Source: an uncultured Candidatus Saccharibacteria bacterium
GTDB lineage: Bacteria > Patescibacteriota > Saccharimonadia > Saccharimonadales > JACQNP01
Assembly (NCBI GenBank): GCA_964610775.1
Contig: CAZSZC010000002.1
Location: 33,600 to 97,599 of the forward strand
Direction: 5' to 3'
DNA: 64,000 nucleotides
Positions 1 to 8,847 of this stretch are shown here, piece after piece. The notes under the pieces are model-generated. The model saw only the letters and a program-made list of their open reading frames with translations, was not told where the DNA came from and made no database searches. The translations under genes and the position numbers were made by a program. Position 1 is the first letter of the stretch, and every line of letters starts with the position of its first letter.

Positions 1-998
1 GCCAAACAGGTTTTTACCGCGTAAGTTATGACACTCGGCAACTTGAGCAAATAGGTGCACAAGTTAAATTAGGGGATTTGTCACCAATAGATAGATTAGG
101 CGTACTCAGCGATGCGTTTGAAAGCGCCAAAGCTGGCTTTATTAATACAGTTGACGCCCTACGTTTTATGAATAATTTTGAACATGAAGATAACAGTGCA
201 GTCTGGGACGTTATGGTCGGAAGTATAGGCGCTACAAGGTCTGTCATGGACGACGAAACTCTCCGAGACAACATGAAGCCATTTATTACTTCTTTGGCCT
301 CTAAGCAATACAAAAGACTAGGCTGGCAAGCTAAAAAGTCAGATTCGTATTTCGATCAGCTATTGCGTCCAACAATTCTAGGCATGATGTCAGGTGCTGA
401 CTATAAGGATGCTGTCAATGAGGCGCTTGGGCGGTTTGATGGGTCTAAGCGGCTAGAGGATATTGAGCCAGATCTTAGATCAATAATCTTCCATACAGCT
501 GTTCGCATTCGTAACGACAAAAAAACATTTGATAAGTTATTTGATTTATACGAGACCAGTCACCTTAGCGAAGAAAAAACGGTCATCGCTTCAGCACTAA
601 CTGGCTTTAAGTCACCAACTTTATACAAAAAAGCACTCAGCTTGATTAAAACTGATGTCGTAAGGGCGCAGGATATAAGTTACTGGGTTGTTTACAGCTT
701 CTCGAATCGTTTTGCGCGGCAGGAAACTTGGAAATGGATGACTGAAAACTGGTCATGGCTAGAAAAGACCATAGGCAGTGATCTTAGTTTTTATCGTTTC
801 CCTATATATGCCGCTAACGCTTTTAGTGATAAGTCTTTCATCCCTGAATACACTAAGTTCTTTTCGAAGCACAGCAACTCGGCTTTGGAACGCACTATCA
901 AGCAAGGCTTAGAAACACTTACGTGGCAATCAGACTGGAAGGAAAGAGATCTCAAGTCAGTCAAAGAATTCTTTAATACATACAAATTAAGCAGCTAA
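1..998 (+). CDS. pepN: M1-family aminopeptidase (PepN), C-terminal ERAP1-like domain; 5' truncated by window edge
   Basis: The frame is open from the window start (QTGFYRVSYD...LSPIDRLG). The GFYRVxY motif and the helical C-terminus (R.QD, W.W..ENW) are typical of M1 aminopeptidases. Confidence 0.85.
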   Translation, partial: QTGFYRVSYDTRQLEQIGAQVKLGDLSPIDRLGVLSDAFESAKAGFINTVDALRFMNNFEHEDNSAVWDVMVGSIGATRSVMDDETLRDNMKPFITSLASKQYKRLGWQAKKSDSYFDQLLRPTILGMMSGADYKDAVNEALGRFDGSKRLEDIEPDLRSIIFHTAVRIRNDKKTFDKLFDLYETSHLSEEKTVIASALTGFKSPTLYKKALSLIKTDVVRAQDISYWVVYSFSNRFARQETWKWMTENWSWLEKTIGSDLSFYRFPIYAANAFSDKSFIPEYTKFFSKHSNSALERTIKQGLETLTWQSDWKERDLKSVKEFFNTYKLSS

Positions 999-1736
999 AT
1001 CGAAGGCTTGGGTTGTTGCTTTTTGCATTCTGTCACGCGTCACTTTCAGTACTTCCTGTTGACTCATACCATCTGGACAGAATGGCTCAGGCACTACCAC
1101 TAATGGGCTAAGTTTAAGTCGTGGGTGCTTATAGGCAATTCCAGGTGTGATGATAAGTAGATCGGCCGGTCTCTTTACGCCCAAGGCGATGCGAGCAATT
1201 CCCTGCCTCAATTCCTGAACTTCTTGAGGATTGTTTTTATTACGAGTAGCTTCTGAAAAAATCGCAACATTACCACCGTTATTTATATAGTCAATATTGA
1301 ACTGTATTAAATTGTCAGTCACTTCACTGCGCAACTCTTTGCCAGCTTCATCATGACTAAAGTTCTTACCCCTAAAGGCTGGGTGAGCTAGCATGTGCGG
1401 GAAGAATTTGCCAATAAGAGGCCAGTCGAACATTTCGGCTTTGGCTGGAATAATAGTCGTGTTACGTAGTAACTCGAAAGGCTTTTCATAGACTAGACCT
1501 GCAACTGTAGGTGTATCAGCATTTGATTGATGATTAGGGGAGAGTATAGCCCTACCATTGTTACTCAGGTGCTCAGATATTATCGTACTAGCGCTTCCTT
1601 CATAGTGAACCTCGCTTCCGTAAAGACAGTGCATAACAGCAAAACCAATCTTTTGTATTCGTTGACTAGGTTCAAAATTACCAAAGTACTCATATATCAG
1701 CTGGTGATTCTCTGGTATTAACTCCGGTAATTTCAT
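987..1736 (-). CDS. PlsC-like lysophospholipid acyltransferase
   Basis: NHQSNAD (HX4D catalytic motif), AKAEMF, and IFSEATR (FPEGTR-like block III). Confidence 0.8.
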   Translation of the reverse strand: MKLPELIPENHQLIYEYFGNFEPSQRIQKIGFAVMHCLYGSEVHYEGSASTIISEHLSNNGRAILSPNHQSNADTPTVAGLVYEKPFELLRNTTIIPAKAEMFDWPLIGKFFPHMLAHPAFRGKNFSHDEAGKELRSEVTDNLIQFNIDYINNGGNVAIFSEATRNKNNPQEVQELRQGIARIALGVKRPADLLIITPGIAYKHPRLKLSPLVVVPEPFCPDGMSQQEVLKVTRDRMQKATTQAFDLAA

Positions 1737-1837
1737 TAGTACAGCATATTACAACTGTTAAAATTACACAACTAATACATATTATTGTTATTTTGTATAT
1801 TTTGTGCTTAGTGCTTACGTTTAATTATACTGGAAAT

Positions 1838-2056
1838 TCAGACATTTAAGACTTGCAAAAGATGATATAGCAAGTAGGCTGGCCAGACACAAGCCTTAAA
1901 GAACGCAACAATTATATTCCAGAACCCATCAACTTGACCTACGAAATATACAAGTGCCCCAAACCAAGCCACAAACAAGACGAAACCCGTAGGACCACTC
2001 TTATCGATAACTTTTACTGGCACGTTTTTACTATTAGGTGCAGCTTGTTTAGCCAT
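1838..2056 (-). CDS. Small membrane protein (2 TM)
   Basis: ATG at 2056 lies 1 nt after the stop of the upstream gene. Hydrophobic segments GFVLFVAWFGALVYF and IIVAFFKACVWPAYLLY. Confidence 0.65.
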   Translation of the reverse strand: MAKQAAPNSKNVPVKVIDKSGPTGFVLFVAWFGALVYFVGQVDGFWNIIVAFFKACVWPAYLLYHLLQVLNV

Positions 2057-2057
2057 A

Positions 2058-2306
2058 CTAATCCTTGTTTTCTCGTTCCACAACGATAGTGCACTCCGTA
2101 ACAAGAGCAGCAATAGTACCGACAGCCGCTAAAGCAGGAGCTAGAACAGCACCCACAACACCCACTGTAAGCGGCAAAACTACAATGTTTTTACCTTCCT
2201 TGTTACGTATTGTCAGATTACGCACATTACCTTCAGCAATTAAAGATTTGACCTTTTTGAGAAGATCCTCGCCATTTACATTGAATTCTTCCTTTTTTGC
2301 CGTCAC
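2058..2306 (-). CDS. DUF4342 domain protein
   Basis: EEFNVNGEDLLKKVKSLIAEGNVRNLTIRNKEG...LPLTVG...ECTIVVER matches the family pattern. Confidence 0.8.
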   Translation of the reverse strand: MTAKKEEFNVNGEDLLKKVKSLIAEGNVRNLTIRNKEGKNIVVLPLTVGVVGAVLAPALAAVGTIAALVTECTIVVERENKD

Positions 2307-2307
2307 A

Positions 2308-2505
2308 TTACTTCCCCCGGCCTTGGCTTAATGTAGTACGTGCACGAAAAACTGAGTGAGGATTAAAATGCCTTGTTAGATAAATGTAGTGATCAGTAAA
2401 CTTTCCAGGATTATTAGCACGTTCTGTTGTGAGGTGCCCTTTCTCACTCACGGTTTGATAGATACTATGGGGTTTTTGTACTTTTTGACGTTTAGTATGT
2501 GTCAT
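2308..2505 (-). CDS. Small basic hypothetical protein (65 aa)
   Basis: GGAGG Shine-Dalgarno sequence upstream of ATG 2505. Its stop abuts the GTG start of the DUF4342 gene, suggesting a three-gene operon. Confidence 0.55.
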   Translation of the reverse strand: MTHTKRQKVQKPHSIYQTVSEKGHLTTERANNPGKFTDHYIYLTRHFNPHSVFRARTTLSQGRGK

Positions 2506-2596
2506 ATTACCCTCCAATTCACACTTCTTATTATACTCTCATGTAGAAATAATACTGATATTGCGAGGAAATATTAATTATCTTTTATTTTTGTGT

Positions 2597-2602
2597 TATT
2601 GT
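2597..2602 (+). promoter_or_regulatory. Extended -10 (TGn-TATTGT), leaderless-type promoter
   Basis: 7 nt upstream of ATG 2610; no SD. Confidence 0.4.
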
Positions 2603-2609
2603 CTAATTT

Positions 2610-3263
2610 ATGTCAATAACACGTCATCACTGTCCTAAATATAAGGCTCGCACAGAACCCGTTTTAGGTGATAGAGGTCTTAGTATCTATAGACCGGCCA
2701 ACAAAGATGCATTAAGCGAAGTTTTTGGTACGTTTGAGTGTGCTACCAAAGGGATAATCAGTAGAATGCGTGGAATAGCTATTGATAAAGATGCTGCATT
2801 GAGTCAGTTGAGCTTACAAGAAGTTAAGTATAACAAGCCATTTATAGGTCACGTGGCCATTAAAGAAGTTACCGATACTCTTTATGCTGGTGTTCGCTCG
2901 CTCAGAAAGCCCATGAAACTTAGCATTACTCGTGCAGCACTTGTTGGTATGCCCCACAATCCATTAGTGACTATGGCACTTATATTTGATAAGGATGATA
3001 GAGATACAGTTCAAGAAGAACGGCTAAAAGTCCTAGACATACTAGAAAGCTACGTCGGCGAGATGCCTGGGGACAGACTACCAGAAGAGGACGAAGAACT
3101 TCGATGGTACTATAGAGAAATACCACATGTTTCAATTGGTAAATTACCCGCTGAAACTCCTCAAAACGATATTATTAGGATCCGTGGCTGCATAGAACGT
3201 GTTGCTCCTCAAGAACTACAAATCGGAAGAGCCATAATTCACAACCCAGTTCAGGCAAATTAA
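2610..3263 (+). CDS. Hypothetical protein, divergent 2H-phosphoesterase-like fold
   Basis: GHVAI and IPHVSIG resemble the two H-x-[ST]-hydrophobic motifs and are about 90 aa apart. Confidence 0.45.
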   Translation: MSITRHHCPKYKARTEPVLGDRGLSIYRPANKDALSEVFGTFECATKGIISRMRGIAIDKDAALSQLSLQEVKYNKPFIGHVAIKEVTDTLYAGVRSLRKPMKLSITRAALVGMPHNPLVTMALIFDKDDRDTVQEERLKVLDILESYVGEMPGDRLPEEDEELRWYYREIPHVSIGKLPAETPQNDIIRIRGCIERVAPQELQIGRAIIHNPVQAN

Positions 3264-3266
3264 AAA

Positions 3267-3872
3267 CTACTGTTCAGGCTCACGCGGTAGATAGTGTGCT
3301 GGCAGTAAACTCAAAAGATCAGGCAGGACCTCGATAGTAGCTTGACGTATTATCTCGTTTTCGGCTCTTGACTCGGTGCAAATCTGCACGGTACCAAAGG
3401 GTATACCTGGTCTACTATAACGACGCCAATTATAGACTGCGTCGGGAGCAAAGCTTTCCATGGCTTCTACTACCTCGACTCTTTCATCGAGAATTAACCC
3501 TTGACTTTCTTTACTAAGATCAATAATTGCTAGAAATGTAGACCCATTGGACATCGGTATAAAACCAACACCTTCAACTTCTACAGTCAATTCGATGGCA
3601 TGAGCACCCACCCTTTCAGCAAGTCTAGTTTTTGCCAAAGCAACTGGAATATCACGAAGGGCATCCTGGTTTCTAGCTTCTCTATACTCTACCTCGTTAA
3701 CCCCTAAATACTTACGCGGTGTAAAGAATCGACTATACCGACTTGTCGCCCCTACTACTGACCGAGCAACCTCAAATGATAAGTCGCGCTCAACTGACAA
3801 ACCACAAGCACCTATGCTATAAGGTCTTGGTAAGCCTGTTTTTTTGATACTTGACTGGTTATTAATCGACAT
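3267..3872 (-). CDS. Hypothetical protein, apparent paralog of 2610..3263 lacking the His motifs
   Basis: Shared blocks: LGVNEVEY/LSLQEVKY, LDERVEVVEAMESF/QEERLKVLDILESY and W.....P.I.G. Confidence 0.5.
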   Translation of the reverse strand: MSINNQSSIKKTGLPRPYSIGACGLSVERDLSFEVARSVVGATSRYSRFFTPRKYLGVNEVEYREARNQDALRDIPVALAKTRLAERVGAHAIELTVEVEGVGFIPMSNGSTFLAIIDLSKESQGLILDERVEVVEAMESFAPDAVYNWRRYSRPGIPFGTVQICTESRAENEIIRQATIEVLPDLLSLLPAHYLPREPEQ

Positions 3873-3942
3873 GTTAATGACTATAGTTTACTAATAAAAT
3901 TTATGCTACTTGTGCTAAGCACAATCTATACGAGATGGATCG

Positions 3943-4290
3943 CTAAATAATAGTACCTACGAATTCTATTTCATCCATAAATTCACCGCTCACTTCGATG
4001 GCACCTAATTGATACTCACCTTGCCATTCATGATTACTTACCCATAGTTCCGCAGCGAACTTCATCTGCTTAAGTTTCTTGGGTGTTATATAGTCAAATC
4101 CCAAGCCCTGTTTGCTTGTTTTGCGATATTTAACTTCAATCAAATACACAACACCATCCTTTTCAGCAACTAAATCAATCTCGCACCATTTAGTTTTCCA
4201 GTTTATGTCAATTACTCTGTAGCCTTGCTGTGCTAAATATTTTGCAGCGTGCCCTTCTGCAAGATGGCCACTTGAGTAATTAGTCTGCAT
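3943..4290 (-). CDS. yraN: YraN (UPF0102) family PD-(D/E)XK nuclease-like protein
   Basis: G..AE..AA.YL...GY, EIDLVA, IEVKYR; classic position after rnhB. Confidence 0.9.
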   Translation of the reverse strand: MQTNYSSGHLAEGHAAKYLAQQGYRVIDINWKTKWCEIDLVAEKDGVVYLIEVKYRKTSKQGLGFDYITPKKLKQMKFAAELWVSNHEWQGEYQLGAIEVSGEFMDEIEFVGTII

Positions 4291-4843
4291 TCGTAAAAGC
4301 CTTTACTGGTTTATAGCTCTTGCGATGAACGTTAGTTACGCCATTACGTTTTAATGAATCTATGTGAAGTTTTGTGCCGTAACCAACGTGCTTTTCAAAT
4401 CCGTAGTCCGGATAGGTTTTAACCAGCTCTGTCATAAATTCATCACGAGCAACTTTGGCATAAATACTGGCAGCACTAACTATCGGGAACAAATCGTCGG
4501 CATCAATAACGCACCTTGATTGAATATATTCTTTCGAACAATAGTTAATATTACCATCGACGATTATCTCCTCTGAAAACGAAGCATCAAGGCTCGTGAG
4601 TGCTCTTTCCACACCTAAGTACATAGCTCTAGTCAATCCCATTTCATCAACTTCGCTAGGCGTAACCCAACCCTCACCGACCTCGCAGGCTATCGCAATG
4701 TCATTCGATAGGCTTTTACGGCGTTTTTTTGTAAGTAATTTAGAGTCTTTTAAGCCTTCAGGCAATACATCCGTCTGACGTACAGCAACAACTAATAACG
4801 GGCCAGCCCAAGCACCACGACCAACTTCATCAATCCCTATCAT
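4280..4843 (-). CDS. rnhB: Ribonuclease HII
   Basis: MIGIDEVGRGAWAGP, DSKLL, DG, SAASIYAKVARD, GYGT, HRKSY. Start revised to ATG 4843. Confidence 0.95.
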   Translation of the reverse strand: MIGIDEVGRGAWAGPLLVVAVRQTDVLPEGLKDSKLLTKKRRKSLSNDIAIACEVGEGWVTPSEVDEMGLTRAMYLGVERALTSLDASFSEEIIVDGNINYCSKEYIQSRCVIDADDLFPIVSAASIYAKVARDEFMTELVKTYPDYGFEKHVGYGTKLHIDSLKRNGVTNVHRKSYKPVKAFTNAD

Positions 4844-4871
4844 TACATAAACATAATATCGATATGCTAGC

Positions 4872-4909
4872 AAAAAGAAAACCACCCGTATTTATAGGTG
4901 GTTATTTCT
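4872..4909 (-). terminator. Intrinsic terminator after rplS
   Basis: Minus-strand hairpin AACCACC-loop-GGTGGTT followed by TTCTTTTT. Confidence 0.6.
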
Positions 4910-4928
4910 GACCTGTAAGGCTTACCTC

Positions 4929-5474
4929 TTATTTATCAGTATCGGCCTTTGCAGCCTCTTCGTGGGCAGCAAGAGCTGCAGCTACTTTGGCCTCTTCTTT
5001 AGCAGCTTCTTCAGCCTTCTTGGCTTCTTCAGCTTCGTGAGCTTTCTTAGCCTCTTCAGCTAATTTAGCCTCTTCCTCTTCGGCTTTAGCATCATGCACG
5101 GTATTAACGCTGTCTTTATCAAAATCAACGTTACTTAGACGAGCGGATTTACCGGTTCGCTCACGCATGTAGGTTAAGTAATTACGGCGAACCTTGCTTC
5201 GTTTAGTAACCTCAATCTTTACTACAAGTGGACTGTGCAATAAAAAGCTCTTTTCAACACCGACACCGCTGCTAATTCGGCGAACCAGAATACGTGCAGT
5301 GTGACTCTGCTTTCGATCAACGCGAATTACCAAACCTTGGAATATCTGAACACGTTCTTTGTTGCCTTCTTTAATTTTTTGGTGAACCTTTACGGTATCA
5401 CCAGGCATAACGTCAACGACTTGTGACTTCCTATACTTATCTTCAATTTTCTGAATTACAGATTGCATGACCAA
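4929..5474 (-). CDS. rplS: 50S ribosomal protein L19 with Glu/Ala/Lys-rich C-terminal extension
   Basis: PGDTVKVHQKIKEGNKERVQIFQG, RRISSGVGVEKSF, KVRRNYLTYMRERTGKSAR. Confidence 0.95.
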   Translation of the reverse strand: MVMQSVIQKIEDKYRKSQVVDVMPGDTVKVHQKIKEGNKERVQIFQGLVIRVDRKQSHTARILVRRISSGVGVEKSFLLHSPLVVKIEVTKRSKVRRNYLTYMRERTGKSARLSNVDFDKDSVNTVHDAKAEEEEAKLAEEAKKAHEAEEAKKAEEAAKEEAKVAAALAAHEEAAKADTDK

Positions 5475-5510
5475 ATAATCCTACACTATTTTCACCAGAG
5501 TTGCAACACT

Positions 5511-5732
5511 TTAGTGAATATCATTTTTTCGAGCAAGGTGTTCCCTAAGTCCATAGTAGCCCAATGACCTGGCTTTATTTTTGAAAATATCATCGCCAAG
5601 TGATTCATCTACTCGCCTAATGACATTATCGGCCGCTATACCCAGAAATATGTCACGCACCCGAACTTCATAATTAACAGATTGATCATTGTCATCTTGT
5701 TTTGGAAATTGAATAATCTCGTCGTCTAACAT
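5511..5732 (-). CDS. Hypothetical protein (73 aa)
   Basis: AAGGA SD before ATG; fills the gap upstream of rplS. Confidence 0.5.
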   Translation of the reverse strand: MLDDEIIQFPKQDDNDQSVNYEVRVRDIFLGIAADNVIRRVDESLGDDIFKNKARSLGYYGLREHLARKNDIH

Positions 5733-5781
5733 GGTTCCTTTTTGTATGTTTTTACAATAGATATCGATTATACATGGGTGT

Positions 5782-5787
5782 TATGAT
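5782..5787 (+). promoter_or_regulatory. Extended -10 (TGn-TATGAT), leaderless-type promoter of malic enzyme
   Basis: 6 nt upstream of ATG 5794; no SD. Confidence 0.5.
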
Positions 5788-5793
5788 AAGTCC

Positions 5794-6930
5794 ATGACAA
5801 ACTTTGGGGAAGAAGCACTAAAAAGACACAAACAACTAAAGGGGAAAATCTCTGTTTCGCTTAAGGATAATCTAGATTCACGTGACAAATTAAGTACTTA
5901 CTACACACCTGGTGTTGCTACAGTTTCGAGCTACGTTGCCGAACATCCCAATGAAGCCCGTGATTACACGTGGCTTAACAACTCTGTTGCTGTTATAAGT
6001 GATGGTTCAGCCGTATTAGGGCTAGGAGATATCGGGCCTTATGGTGCTCTACCGGTAATGGAAGGTAAAGCCATGCTATTCAAGCATTTTGCTAATATTG
6101 ATGCTGTGCCTATTGTTTTAGACGTACATAGTGCAGACGAGATTGTGGCAGCCGTAACCGCTATTGCGCCAAGCTTCGGTGGTATTAACCTAGAAGATAT
6201 TGCCGCACCCATTTGTTTTGAGGTAGAAGAACGCGTAAAAGAAGTTCTCAACATACCCGTCATGCATGATGATCAACATGGTACAGCGATTGTAGTACTA
6301 GCCGGGCTTATTAACGCCATGAAAATAACCGGTAAGAACTTGTCTGATTGTAGAGTTGTAGTAGTTGGCGCTGGAGCGGCCGGAACGGCTATTATTAAGT
6401 TACTATACCTTTATGCTGAGCCCGAGATACTAGCTATTGATAGTAAAGGAATCGTCAGCCATGATCGTTCTGACCTAAATCACGATAAGAAAAAACTCCT
6501 AGAGTTTACAAACCCTAAAAATATTAATGGCAACCTAGAGAATGCGCTAAAAGACGCTGATATATTCATTGGCGTTAGCAAGGCGGGAATATTAACTACT
6601 GCAATGGTCAAGTCCATGTCCAAGGACCCGATCATTTTCGCTATGGCTAACCCAACTCCAGAAATAATGCCAGATGAAGCTGTAAAAGCAGGTGTAGCAA
6701 TAATGGCGACTGGACGCTCTGATTTCCCAAATCAAGTTAATAATGCTCTGGCCTTCCCTGGTATATTTAGAGGAGCGCTAGATAATAAAGTTGCTAAAAT
6801 AACCGACAAGCACAAAATTGCAGCTGCGGAAGTTATCGCCAGCTTAGTTGAAAATCCTTCTAAAGACGCAATCATACCATCTGTTCTTGACGAACGACTG
6901 GTACCTGAAATTGCAAAAGTTATTGTCTAA
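5794..6930 (+). CDS. NAD(P)-dependent malic enzyme
   Basis: YTPGVA, SDGSAVLGLGDIG, PVMEGK, INLEDIAAP, HDDQHGT, GAGAAG, MANPTPE, TGRSDFPNQVNN. Confidence 0.95.
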   Translation: MTNFGEEALKRHKQLKGKISVSLKDNLDSRDKLSTYYTPGVATVSSYVAEHPNEARDYTWLNNSVAVISDGSAVLGLGDIGPYGALPVMEGKAMLFKHFANIDAVPIVLDVHSADEIVAAVTAIAPSFGGINLEDIAAPICFEVEERVKEVLNIPVMHDDQHGTAIVVLAGLINAMKITGKNLSDCRVVVVGAGAAGTAIIKLLYLYAEPEILAIDSKGIVSHDRSDLNHDKKKLLEFTNPKNINGNLENALKDADIFIGVSKAGILTTAMVKSMSKDPIIFAMANPTPEIMPDEAVKAGVAIMATGRSDFPNQVNNALAFPGIFRGALDNKVAKITDKHKIAAAEVIASLVENPSKDAIIPSVLDERLVPEIAKVIV

Positions 6931-7165
6931 ATTTTGAGGCTCAGAGGCGGTCATATCGCACCATATATTTAAATGTCGACGAGTTACTAAAGAAAATTCT
7001 AGACATTCTTCTCTTACATCACACCGTTCACGCAAATACTTAAACTCATCTACCTCTTAGTCTGATAACACGATATTATCATTCTTTTTCTAACGTGCAG
7101 CATCACCACACTGGGCAAAGATCTTCCAGTTATTATCCCATTCAAACAAATTGCGCACCTGGTGA
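6931..7165 (-). pseudogene. Degenerate WhiB-family (Wbl) Fe-S transcription factor
   Basis: One frame reads NNWKIFAQCGDAAR*KKNDNIVLSD*EVDEFKYLRERCDVREECLEFSLVTRRHLNIWCDMTASE. It shows W..xA.C, (C>R)xxCxVREECLEF and a G[IV]WGG-like NIWCD, with in-frame TAG (7090-7092) and TAA (7057-7059). Confidence 0.7.
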
Positions 7166-7177
7166 GCATATTAAAAA

Positions 7178-8791
7178 CTAGCCAACGACTCTATAAACCT
7201 CTTCTAGGGTCGTAAGCCCCGCGCATACTTTTAGAATACCATCTTGTAACATCGTCTTCATTCCACTACGAATTGCTGCTTCTTCTATAGTTTGTACCGA
7301 TAGACCCTTTTGACCTGACTCAAGCAAGGTTCGTATTTCACCAGTCATAACAAATTGCTCACGCAAAGGTACTTGACCAACATAGCCATAAGGATTCTCA
7401 GCCGACTCGCCTGGCTTATATAATTGCAGGTTGTCTAGATTAGGTTTTTCGATATTTTCTGGCAGAGTATCTACGATTTCACGTATCTTGGCTAGAGTAA
7501 CTTCGTCCGGTTGGTAGACTTGCTTGGTAGTATCGTCGAGCAGCCGAACTAACCGCTGAGCCATGACCAAACGAATAGCGGAAACAAACAACGGATTCTC
7601 ACCGATTACATCCATTATTCTTGTCAGGGCCGCAGCTGCTGATGAGGCATGAAATGTTGAAAGCACTAAATGACCTGTCAGAGAGGCCTGTAGGGCGGTT
7701 TTTGCAGTATCCATATCCCTAATCTCCCCCACCATGACAATGTCAGGGTCAAGACGCAAAATAGCTCGAAGTTTATTGGCAAAACTAGTACTATCTTGCA
7801 CCCCTTGAGTTGTTACTGGTATTTGAGTGATCCCAGCAAACTGATATTCAACTGGGTCTTCAATAGTAATTATCTTGCGTTCTTCCGTATTAAGAGTATT
7901 AAGCATTGAATATAGTGTTGTCGTCTTACCGGAACCGGTTGGACCAACCACCATTACTAAGCCACTCGGCTTGACAATTATTTCGTCGACAATTGCTCTT
8001 TCTTGTGGTGAGAGTTTTAGGCGGTCGAGATTATACATCTCTGCATCCATATTAAATAAACGCATCACCATATCCATGCCATTAACAGTAGGGACTGTTT
8101 CTAGACGCAAATTAACATCTACCTCCGTGCCGTCCTCCATCATCAAATGTTGAGAAATGTGCCCTTGCTGAGCCTCACCCGATGACGTGGATACATCACC
8201 AGCACTAGCAATTGCCGATACCAAAACCCGATACTTCTCAGGGCTCAACCTCGCTATCGGGTGCAAAACTCCATCAATCCTGAATCTGATCCGAGCATGA
8301 TCACGCTGGGTCTCCACGTGTATGTCGGAAGAATTAAGCTTATGAGCTTGCTGCACAAGGTAAGCCAATATATCATTAGCTTTAACTTGTTCTAAAGTAG
8401 CCGAAACGGACTCAATTACGTCTTGGTTTCCAGTCTCATTAATCTCAATATCGTGATAAACAACTTGCTTTGGCGGATCGTATAATCTCATGTAGTCTCG
8501 GAAACCATTGTCAGAAATCAAAGAGAAGGATACTCTTTGGTCCAAGAAACGATTCCGTAAGTTTGTCATTGTTTGCTGAGAAGTCGTATTTGTAACACCA
8601 AATAGAATGCTGTGCTCAGTTACTTTTATTGGAATAGTTTTGAGTGACTTAAGCTCGTCAAGTGACAATACTTCCTTATATAACTCTTTCTGTTCTAGGG
8701 GTGTTTGGGACGTATCAAAATAATCAAGCCCCAGTATACGGGCTCTACGCTGAGTATTAGCCTCTTCGTCTCGTCTCGCGTCTTGTGCCAT
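7178..8791 (-). CDS. pilB: GspE/PilB family type IV pilus assembly ATPase
   Basis: SDIHVE, RFRIDGVL, GPTGSGKTTT, TIEDPVE, LRLDPDIVMVGEIRD, TGHLVLSTFH. Confidence 0.9.
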   Translation of the reverse strand: MAQDARRDEEANTQRRARILGLDYFDTSQTPLEQKELYKEVLSLDELKSLKTIPIKVTEHSILFGVTNTTSQQTMTNLRNRFLDQRVSFSLISDNGFRDYMRLYDPPKQVVYHDIEINETGNQDVIESVSATLEQVKANDILAYLVQQAHKLNSSDIHVETQRDHARIRFRIDGVLHPIARLSPEKYRVLVSAIASAGDVSTSSGEAQQGHISQHLMMEDGTEVDVNLRLETVPTVNGMDMVMRLFNMDAEMYNLDRLKLSPQERAIVDEIIVKPSGLVMVVGPTGSGKTTTLYSMLNTLNTEERKIITIEDPVEYQFAGITQIPVTTQGVQDSTSFANKLRAILRLDPDIVMVGEIRDMDTAKTALQASLTGHLVLSTFHASSAAAALTRIMDVIGENPLFVSAIRLVMAQRLVRLLDDTTKQVYQPDEVTLAKIREIVDTLPENIEKPNLDNLQLYKPGESAENPYGYVGQVPLREQFVMTGEIRTLLESGQKGLSVQTIEEAAIRSGMKTMLQDGILKVCAGLTTLEEVYRVVG

Positions 8792-8847
8792 TAGTCTTAT
8801 TAAAGCATAAGCATGAGCGATATTGAAGATGATGTTACACTTTTCAA

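Noticed and set aside
6844-7035. 63-aa ORF as an intact gene, or stop-codon recoding of the WhiB relic
   Set aside because: It is only the 3' part of the decayed WhiB frame and runs into the malic enzyme gene. The interrupting stops are TAG and TAA, both used as normal stops here, and key motif residues are also mutated.
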